Source of the DNA: Octopus sinensis
Lineage: Eukaryota
Length of the DNA: 45,619 nt
Direction of reading: 5' to 3'
NCBI RefSeq assembly: GCF_006345805.1
Contig: NW_021834797.1
Coordinates: forward strand, 1-45,619
Shown: one piece after another, positions 35,436 to 45,619 of the stretch
Layout: each line of letters begins with the position of its first letter
Position numbering within the stretch: the first letter of the stretch is position 1
Notes under the pieces: generated by a model
What the model saw: only the letters and a program-made list of their open reading frames with translations
Told to the model about the DNA's origin: nothing
The model's database searches: none
Position numbers and translations under genes: made by a program

Positions 35436-36252
35436 ACCTTAACGTTTATCGTTATCCAATTATTTGTATGGACTTATTTTTGGAGAACCAATATATGTAG
35501 ATCGCCTGGAAAGGGCTCAATGTAAAAGAAATGTATAACAAATTTTCCTTTATTTATTTGCTACGACAGCGTGTTTAAAGTAATTTGAAGTTTAAACCTG
35601 AAAGTGAATGGCTTCGTTAAATTACGGGGCAAACTTGCGTGATAGGAACCTTTATCATTAAACCTAGATTTCTTTCTAAAACACTCTTTGGAAGAAAGCT
35701 GAAATACTTTAACTTTAGCGGTCTACGTTAATATATAAAATTGATTCAGTAGTACATGTCATTACTACCGAGAAGCATATGATAAATATTCGTTCCTGAT
35801 ACTCAACCCTAATATAGTATAAATTTGTTTTACGGTCTATCGTTGAAATCTTGATATAGTTCATTTAAACGTGTTTTGTTTATACTGAACGACATAAGGC
35901 TAAATTAGAAAGTGTACGCAATAAAATGTATTTGGCCTGTTTAAAAATAATGATTTAATGGAAATAAAATTGCGATATCTATAACATATATTAGTAATAA
36001 TCTCATTCGTTCAACTGATTATATTTATGAGAAATATAATAACTAAAATGTTTATGATACACATACATAGGGATAGAGAGATAAGGAGAAAAAGGAAGTC
36101 GTAGTCAGTATCACTACTAGAATATTATGGCATACATATGCAATTGTATGAGTATATATCTATGTACGTATCTATTTATTTAGCTGCGCATCAACACACA
36201 CATATACATTTATATATATGTGTCTATATATATATGTGTATATAAATATATA

Positions 36253-36294
<42 letters not shown>

Positions 36295-36298
<4 letters not shown>

Positions 36299-36402
36299 CC
36301 TCCTTCTTATTTCTTTCCTTTCCTGAGCGTCCAATAACACTATACTTGTTCCACATCCTCGCGTTGTTATGTTTTCTCTTTGTGTTTTGATGTTTGGATT
36401 AA
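36295..36402 (+). mobile_element. P2-related 3' fragment starting at the predicted HHR cleavage site
   Basis: AAATCCTCCTTC...TTTCCTGAGCGTC...TTGTTCCACATCCTCGCGTTG...TTTGGATTAAC, flanked by (TA)n on both sides. Confidence 0.75.
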
Positions 36403-36411
36403 CTATATATA

Positions 36412-36476
<65 letters not shown>

Positions 36477-37007
36477 TTATAAATATAATCCAACTCTAAT
36501 AGTCATATACTAGCTGTACTTTTATCTCTTAAACTGACCTTAAGCACAACCAAAGTAATGTGAAATAACTGAAATAGAAGAAAATCCAGTCACGATTTCA
36601 TTTTGAAGGTGTGTGTTTACTTTCAGAAGCAGGAATAAGCACAAGCTCAAAGCGAAATAAATCAATCCAATGGGCATGGAGACACCAGTGTCGGGTTGAA
36701 TATATATAAGCTACTCAATAAAGAGAGAAAGCTAATTATGGAAAGGCATATAAAACGATGGTAAATTGAACATGATCCTGTAGCGATTTCAAAGTATTCA
36801 ACCTGATGAAGTGCCGGTCTAAAGCTTCCGCTGGATCAGTATTTTATTTTATTTTTTATAAAATAATTTATGCAACAGTATGAGCCTAAAAACCCAACAA
36901 GTAACAGCTGCAACTACTGTACAGGAGCGATTGTTTTTCGTTGTAATCAATGCCTGTTTATTCCATCGTCTGAATGTATAAATGTACAGATACACGTATA
37001 TATATAT

Positions 37008-37051
<44 letters not shown>

Positions 37052-37057
37052 ATATAG

Positions 37058-37274
37058 GTTAATCCAAACAAGAAAACACAGAAAAAAACAGAAAAAAAAC
37101 ACAGCAACGCGAGGACGTGGAACAATTAAAGTATTATTTGACGCTCAGGAAAGAAGGGAAGGAGGGTTTAACGTTTCGAGCGGAGCTCTTCGTCGGAAAC
37201 AAGGAGAAGGAAAGATCCCGAGAAGGGAAGACAGAGGAAAAAAAATATTTTTGCTGGTGGTGCTCAAGAGATCA
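37058..37274 (-). mobile_element. Family P2, copy 2 (HHR motif at 37166-37200)
   Basis: Reverse complement of 25666-25870; the HHR segment is identical between copies. Confidence 0.82.
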
Positions 37275-37619
37275 GAATGATATGCGAATCAAGCAATCTC
37301 GCAGAATTACCCTTACCTACAAAATCTTGGAATTCCCACTATCATCTACAGTATAGCAATGAATTTTGGCAGTACAAGGAAAATAATGTTTTTAAAAAAC
37401 ACGCCTACCACCAGCTTTACTCCAATAAGAAGCAATAACGACAGCGTGAATTGCTAAGAACACTGTTTTCTATCTCATCTCATTCCATAAAAAACGAAGT
37501 ACCTTAAGAAGAGACAGTGAAACACTGCAAACTAGGAAACGTTCAATATACCGCAACATATTTTAGACCAAACAGAAAGGATAACAATTCTATAGAGATG
37601 GCTCTTTACAAAAAGACCA

Positions 37620-37662
37620 AAACCGGACCCATGAGCCTGGCTAGGCTTTAAAAGAGCGCATT
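37620..37662 (+). mobile_element. Extreme 3' tail fragment of the D tail-type-2 family
   Basis: AAACCGGACCCATGAGCCTG matches the end of 35155-35435. Confidence 0.55.
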
Positions 37663-37958
37663 TATTATTTTTTAAATGCATATTTGGTTTTCTAATGAAG
37701 GGTTATTTCCATGTTAAAGGCCAGCGTGAAAATACATATGACTTAACGAAAATGACCAAAGATAACCGATTTCATGTGAAAACATCCTCATAAATATTAC
37801 AAATGCGAAGTATTGCTATTTTTCTCGAAAGTTAGGAGATGTCTTATTTTCTTACTGTAAGAAATGGTATGCAATTCAAAACAGAAATTCCAAACCCTCT
37901 TGCAGCTGCTATGTAAGATAGTTTAAAAATTACCAAAAGTTTTCGGGTAAAAAACCTG

Positions 37959-38375
37959 GGATCTTTTCGGTTTGAACGGCAGTTTTTAACATAATTTCTA
38001 GGTAACTAAAAAATTTTAAACTTCGTATACTGGTGGAATGTGTTTATAAAACATCTTTTTGTCTTGGTATTATTGAGAAAATTCTATAGTTTGTAAGATT
38101 TTGTTGTTGCTTTTCTTCAATTTCTGCAATTTCAACCAATCACTGACGTCTATTGATGTAAAAAACATTCTGTGCCGTATGAATATGTCCCTCGTTTAAG
38201 AAACAGATTGGGTTTATTTACATTTGTGAAGAAAAAAAAGATACCCTTCCCCCCACCCCTAACCCTAACCCTAAAACAGATTGAAATGCAATAGATCGAT
38301 ACTAGGGTCATAATTATAGGTGACAATTTCATATGACACCGCTAGGAAAAACTGCCGTTCAAACCGAAAAGATCC
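37959..38375. mobile_element. MITE, Merlin-like (GG termini, 8-bp TSD)
   Basis: Perfect 29-bp TIRs GGATCTTTTCGGTTTGAACGGCAGTTTTT; flanks AAAACCTG (37951-37958) and AAAAACTG (38376-38383), 7/8 match. Confidence 0.85.
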
Positions 38376-39271
38376 AAAAACTGCAATGTAAAATATGACC
38401 GAGTGGAAAAAAAAAATTTTTATTTACTGTCAATCTTTAAAATTAGGAATAAATATTTTTGAAAGTACAATGTAGATTACTTACACGAAATGCGTGGCTA
38501 TAAGCCATACTCTAACAGAAGATTTAAGGCGAACCAAGTTTCAATAATCATAGAAAACATGCGTAAACTTGGTTATTCCGGCTGAGTAGAGCTGATGTGT
38601 GCATTATACATTGTAGTGGCTGCAGAAATATGTTAATGCGACAAGTATCCTTTGAGATATGTAAATAATACACACTGATGGACAGATAGCAAGCATCCAC
38701 AGTGTCACCAAAGTAAAAAAGCAAAAAGGAAAAAAAAAAAGGTAAAACCGTATCAAGAGGGTCATGGTTATTATGCTAATCTATCTTTAAATAAATTATG
38801 GGATGAGACGCAATGTTATCAGAGAACAAGGGGAATAGTTCAAGATATGCTGTTTTATTCTGCCTATGTGAATAATCTGCACGATTATTGGTGAAAGTGC
38901 TTGATACTATTCAGTAGATGACCAAAGTAAGTTTTTAAGTGCAGTATAATGGCAGAATCGTTATTCTCATATGTCCTGGCTCGATTTATATCCTAGTGAG
39001 TTTTATTCTGCCCCACTTCTTAATTCGTTTATATGGGTACCAATTAAATAATGATAGCGGTATACAATAAACTGATCTCCTTTCACCCCATTTTGTGCAG
39101 AATTAACTAATCAAATTTGAAATATTTAATTACCTACTGAAAGTATTATGCGTGAATTCCGATTCTGAAACTTTTCATAAAATCTTAATTGCAATATAAT
39201 TCCATGTATACTATTTTCAAATAATTATTTGAAATTTCTTGAAGCCAAATAGCAATAATCGCTATACAGCA

Positions 39272-39490
39272 AGGAGGTGACCTTGCAGAATCGTGAAACA
39301 TGCTGCGTAAAATGCTTAGCGACATTTCGTCTATCTTTACGTTCTGAGTTCAAATTCCGCCGAGGTTGACTTTGACTTTCATCCCTTAAGGATCGGTTAA
39401 ATAAGTAGTAATTGTACAATGGTGTCGAAATAACTGTCTTACCCACCCTACTCGAAAGTGTTGACACTCTACCAAAATTTGAAACCAATA
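39272..39490 (+). mobile_element. SINE-B-related copy
   Basis: GTTCTGAGTTCAAATTCCGCCGAGG core and CCAAAATTTGAAACCAAT tail. Confidence 0.8.
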
Positions 39491-39521
39491 TTCGGTATAC
39501 AGACAACACCTATACAGACAG

Positions 39522-39596
<75 letters not shown>

Positions 39597-39802
39597 TGTG
39601 ATTGTGTGTGTTAGAATGTTTACTAATCGGCACAGTCACACTCACACATGCGCATACGCAAACTAGACACACAGATAAACTGAAATACTTTATACTATTC
39701 CATTAATATATACGATATTTTATTAAACATTTTTTTTCAGTTGACTGATATTGTTTATAATAATTCTTCATTTCGTGGCAAACCTGTCATCTCAAATGGA
39801 AA

Positions 39803-39853
39803 TATATTTTTTTCTACTCTAGGCACAAGGCCCGAAATTTGGAGGAAGAGGGC
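39803..39853 (-). mobile_element. SINE-B-type tail fragment
   Basis: TTCTACTCTAGGCACAAGGCCCGAAATTT matches the tails in the 21701-22320 array. Confidence 0.6.
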
Positions 39854-40503
39854 ACGAGTTGCGCGCTGCGAGATGCTGGATTAGTCAAAGTTCTCATCTC
39901 TCTTTCAGGAATACCCTGGCCACAAATGTACAATTATGCACTTCTTGAAAAGTGTTGTACGTCCTTTTGCTAGATATCACGAACATCAAACCACCATAGG
40001 GATCTACTTCAGATGTATTTTACTTTACGACTGGAGTTTGTTTCACTACGTATTGAGTCTACTTGCCAGTAGCTGTTTATCAGTAAATCTGAGAATGTTT
40101 CACTTACAAGAAAGGCTGAGACATTATGGCCTGAGCTCACTACTAGCAAAATATTCCTCCCCCTTATCTTTCAAATTTCTCATGCACGTTTTGACATGAT
40201 TATAGTGTAAATTATTTTGCTGTATTTAGAGCACTTCCACCATGGTTAAGAACGCTTTTGCTTTACTTACGATCACTATTATTTCTACATTAAAAAACAG
40301 ACCGCTTCTCTGCAATACACATGCTCTGACTACCGTATACTTCGTGGTAATTTTTACTGAATCATTTCATCCTACACTACAGAATATGTATGTATGTATG
40401 AATAACGCTCCATTATTTTATCTATTAAAATTAAACTATAGAGGATGTCATCCTTTCTCAGTTTATTCCCTAAAGACATTTTGATATAATATATTCTCTT
40501 TCC

Positions 40504-40720
40504 AAGTCGGCGAGCTGACGAAATCATTAGCACACTACAAGATACTTAATGCCCATTCGTCAGTCTCTACTTTGTGAGTTCAAATTCCGCAACAGTCGAC
40601 TTTACCTTTCATCCTTCCAGGGTTGTTGAAATAAGTACCAGTTGATCTTTGTAGACGATGTATTCGATTACCCTGCTCCGCCAGTAAATATCAAGCCTTG
40701 TGCCTATAATAAAAAAAAAG
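40504..40720 (+). mobile_element. SINE-B-related copy
   Basis: GGCGAGCTG head, GAGTTCAAATTCCG and CCTTTCATCCTTCC...AATAAGTACCAG core. Confidence 0.75.
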
Positions 40721-41422
40721 GTGATGATAAATGCTCTCTTATTCTGTCTGTCACTCTCTTTCTTTTACTCAGTACTATCGTCTGTATTAATACTCAGCTT
40801 TCTGTAAATCTCTTTTTTTTTCACATTATCTGATCAACTTCTGTATTCTAGGGTACTATCATTCTTGTTTCCACCTCTTTCTATCTCCTCCTCTCTGATT
40901 CTTCCACCCTTCTTTATCAATATTTTGCTCTCTGCTCGCCTGACTTTTTATATAATATTTACCCCGCTCTTTTCTAACACCTCGCGCAACACAACCACTA
41001 CTTTCATATTCAACCTTCGAATGGCTTGACAGAAGCAGGGAAATCATTCCCCAAAGTGATGACACGGACTTGCACTTTTGCAACATGCATAAATGCTGCA
41101 TATATACTATATACATGTATATATTACATACAAACATAAATACTATATAAATGTATATATTACATACATACATAGACATATTTGTTCAGTAGTCACTGAC
41201 GTACGGTGACGTGAAACCCTAAGTTTGTGAAGTTACTTCCGGCTTTAATAAAATATATATATATATATATATATGTATTATACAGAGGCGCACCCTTTCA
41301 GTTCTTTGATTACCTGAAATACTTATTAAATGATCATAGATATGACTATGGATTGCAGAGGCAGAGGCACATGTACTTTTATCGTTATTCACAGGTCGGA
41401 GTAACCTGACAAAAATGATAAC

Positions 41423-41458
<36 letters not shown>

Positions 41459-42109
41459 ACATTCATAATACAGAGAAGAAGGTAGTAAGAGAGAGGATGA
41501 GAGAGAAAGTGGCATTGAAGAGTAGATGTGTTTTTACATTTATCTGACTGGCAATACCAATTACCTGTGTCTTGGGACTAATACACATATGTATTTATAT
41601 ACAAAGACGATACAGATAAGAGGAAAAGACAAATACTTACACACTGAAACACACACAGATCTACCTTAAACACACGTGTTCACTCTCCCCTTAACACAAA
41701 AATATACTTACACAAATACACTGCACCAACAAACTGTACCGTATCTACATATGTCCAAGTTGAGAAATATAAAATATCTTAGCTCTTGGGTCCATATTGT
41801 CGCTTCCATCCGGACATTGGCATTTCGATTTCTCTCTGGGCATCTTATTTAATTATACTGCCTCACGTTACGTACATCAAGAACAAGATGACAGAGCAGC
41901 AATAGATTTGTGTTCTATCTTTGGGGCATCCGCTTAAATTACAGGATCTGGTACTGAGTGTAACCTTATTTTTGTTATCTGAATTACGTATCTACATGCA
42001 TATTTCTACATACGTACACAAATCTGTATAAGCTTACACAATAACGAAAGAAATAAACGCTGCTGTGAAGATTACAATCGTACACAAACACGTACACAAA
42101 TGCGCATAC

Positions 42110-42125
42110 ACAAATACATACATAC

Positions 42126-42174
<49 letters not shown>

Positions 42175-42304
42175 CTTACATATTGACGTTGATAAAAGTA
42201 TGCACACATAAACATATAGACATAACTGTGTTAATAATCATTTTTATATCTCTATCCTACATCTCTCTCTTTTTTATCTATCTATCTATCTATCTATCTA
42301 TCTG

Positions 42305-42354
<50 letters not shown>

Positions 42355-43048
42355 CATCCAGCTATCTATCAATATATATATGTATATATGTTTTATGTAT
42401 GTATGTATATATTATATATTATATATATATATATATATACATACACACATATATACAACACATATATAAACATATATATATATAATATATATTAACACAC
42501 ACATACACATACAATAATATATATATTATATATATATATATAATATATATTATATATATAATATATATATATATTTATTCGGCTGTATCTTTCACGCATT
42601 TACTCCCTGGATTTCTATATACAATATATATATATACACCATATGTATATATGTATATGTATATATACACACATACATAAATATACATTGGACATACAAC
42701 TGCATACACAATTTCATTCCACAGAACCACAGATATCCTTTCAGCAAAGAGATTTAGCAACGCGAATACATACTTATATACAGAATTACATACCACCAAT
42801 ACTCACGAGTAGATTAACCTCAATGTTAACAGATGCTCTCACACTTGCTAACGGAAACTCAATACCTCAGTGAATGTACAGCTTCAGCTCCTTCACTTCC
42901 TTTTTCTTCTCTCCTCCATCTGGCCCTGCCCCTCACATTTCGTTTAATACCAGTTCTTTCTTTATCTATCGTTCCCTCAACATTTCCTTTTATATTAGTC
43001 TTTCCTCATTTATTTCTCCTTCCCTTGCTACTTATACATCTATCGCTC

Positions 43049-43090
<42 letters not shown>

Positions 43091-43276
43091 ACTCTTTCGT
43101 TCTCTGCCTCTTCATATTCACTGTATGTCTCACACCACGCTCTGTTTACTTTCACTGTTTTTTTTTGTTTTTTTTTTGTTTTTTTTTTGTTCTTATATTC
43201 TGTCTGTGTCTTTATATATTTCTATCGTCAGCTCATTCTCTGTTTGTCTGCCTGTCTCTCTCTTTCTCTCTTTCTC

Positions 43277-43328
<52 letters not shown>

Positions 43329-43818
43329 ACGCACACACACACTCACTCACTCATTCACACACACACACATACAGGTTCAAGTATAAACATACATGCGTGT
43401 TAAAACACACTCACCATCGTAGTCGTTCATCCTATACCAATGTCCGCTTTAGCGCTGAAGGCAGAAATGATCTGAGAACAAGAACGAGAGGCAGAATTTC
43501 GTGTTTTCAATTACTGTTACATGTATATGCACCACACACACACACCACACACACACACATACACACACACACACATACACACGCGCATGCATGTATGTGT
43601 GTATGGGTTTACCGGTACGCATGTATTAGTATATGTGTATATACGTGTGCGTATATTTCTACATATATGCCCATATAAAGCATATACATCTATGTATGTA
43701 TATAAAAATACATACATTGATATATAATATATATATATATATATTATATATTGTATGATATATATAATATATGTATATATAATATATGTGCATATATATA
43801 TATATTATTATATATATA

Positions 43819-43864
<46 letters not shown>

Positions 43865-43902
43865 TATAATATATATATATATATATATACTATATATATA
43901 TA

Positions 43903-43950
<48 letters not shown>

Positions 43951-44223
43951 GAAGTGATTGAGATGTAATTTGGCAGTCAACACACGATCACCCCCAACAT
44001 AACAGCGGGGTGAGCTATGCGTAATAGCCCGCCCAAGGATATGTTTACTAACACAGAAAGTTTATATACGTATATGCATATACATAGCCTAACTGATTTA
44101 TATACCTATATAGAAAAAAGAACATACAATGTGTGTGTGTATGCAAATGCTTCCTTGCGTGTATATACATGTATGCATGAATATATACATAGACGTACAT
44201 ATATGCATATATACATATATATG

Positions 44224-44278
<55 letters not shown>

Positions 44279-44580
44279 ATATGTATATATATGTATCTAT
44301 ATATGTATGTATATATATATAATCTATATATGTGTCACATATATTTTATATACTTATTTGTGTCTATCTCTTTGTCTCTATCTATCCATCTATCTGCCGC
44401 TCTATTTATCTATCTCTATATGCGCATGTTTATGCATATATATATATGCGTGCGTGTATGTGTGTGCGTGTGTGCATACTTTATATATATACATACATAC
44501 AAATATATATATATATATACATATATACATACGTTACACATACACACATTCGTATATACATATTTGTGTGTCTGCGTGTG
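42110..44580. repeat. Large low-complexity zone of (TA)n, (TATC)n, (CT)n, (CA)n and (TG)n with short unique islands
   Basis: Directly visible; the source of many spurious ORFs, including the 281-aa one. Confidence 0.9.
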
Positions 44581-44929
44581 TATTGGGAAAGTATAATTCT
44601 GCAATTCGTATACTGTATATTTTGCAGAACGCAGATATAAATAATGATAAGAAGAATATGTGAGTATTTCAATTAGAAGTCTGTTGAGCAAAGTCCATTT
44701 TGGCGGACAATGAAGATTCATTTGGTGGTACTTACTCTATATACACAACATGAAGAAACACACATGCACATAGATTTAGAAAGCGATTCTTGTAATGCTT
44801 ATTTGTATTATTACTTATTCGACTCTTATAATTAAAAAATTATAATGCATATTGCTGTCATGCAAATGGACAGCACAATAACCGGAAGGATGTCTGGACT
44901 GAAACTTAATAATTTTAAGATAAGAGAAA

Positions 44930-45147
44930 TTATTATCGGTTTCAAATTTTGGCAAGAGGCCAGCAATTTCGGGAGGCTGGATAAGGGGATTGCATCGATC
45001 CCAAGTTTTCAACTGGTACTTATATAATCGACACCGAAAGAATGAAAAGAAGAATCGACCCTGGCGGCATTTGGACTCAGATCGTAAATTCGGAAGAAAT
45101 GCCGCTAAGCATTTTGTGCGGTAAATATTCTACCAGTTTGCCACCGT
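44930..45147 (-). mobile_element. SINE-B-related copy
   Basis: GGTTTCAAATTTTGGCAAGAGGCCAGC tail, CAACTGGTACTT core and GAAATGCCGCTAAGCATTTTG head. Confidence 0.75.
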
Positions 45148-45619
45148 ACAGACGGATTACTATTGAACGTGTGTTCCAAATCGCAACATATAAGGCATCT
45201 ATTTAACGATTTTCTTCAATGGTTCATGACACACATGTTTACAAAATTGTAAAGCGTGCTTGAGGGCCATTTCTATCAAATATACAAGTGGTCAAGCTAG
45301 AATGTGGATTTCTTCATCGTTGAATCATACATACTTAAATACATGCATACGGTAATTGTTTCTGGTATGAAAGATGACGAATGCTAACGTTAACGTATTT
45401 AGCTACTATGTAGCAGGCTTTCAAACTGTCTCACTTTTATACATACAGACGCGTCATCATACACACACACACAAACACATGTATAGAGACAGAGAAAACA
45501 AAGGCAGTTTCAAACATAGGATAATTGTGAATTCAGGTTTGAATATCGGGTAAATACCATTAGAAGCTGCTACGGAGAATTGAACTCTGTACCTCTTATA
45601 TCCCGGAGTATTGTACAGA

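Noticed and set aside
38257-38274. True telomere or chromosome-fusion site
   Set aside because: Only three units, and they are internal to a MITE.
39909-40199. 97 open codons after a strong acceptor (CTCTCTTTCAG)
   Set aside because: No recognisable motif and no clear donor; it may be the antisense of a decayed element. Not supportable without RNA data.
42833-43678. 281-aa ORF, the longest in the track
   Set aside because: Composed of (CT)n, (CA)n and poly-T translation (LSLSLS, HTHTHT); an artefact.

Overview
AT-rich, repeat-saturated eukaryotic DNA. The SINE, Penelope, Helitron and microsatellite content resembles coleoid cephalopod (Octopus-like) genomes; this is my inference from recalled repeat families, not a database hit. 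No intact host gene, rRNA, functional tRNA or CRISPR array is supportable, and nearly all listed ORFs are microsatellite or repeat read-through artefacts. The window holds three mariner relics, a Penelope-like (GIY-YIG) retroelement fragment, at least four tRNA-derived SINE families (local labels A-D), non-autonomous Helitrons, a Merlin-like MITE, a perfect 209-bp tandem duplication and many microsatellites. The most notable signal is a set of minimal hammerhead-ribozyme (HHR) cassettes in three short Penelope-type families (P1-P3). All have the layout stem I / C(U/C)G(A/U)(U/C)GA-A / stem II / GAAACGUU / stem I'. They include a 607-bp foldback with a 13-bp target-site duplication (TSD), a tRNA-like Pol III cassette upstream of the HHR, and one insertion that starts exactly at the predicted self-cleavage site. 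A few isolated candidate exons are flagged at low confidence only.
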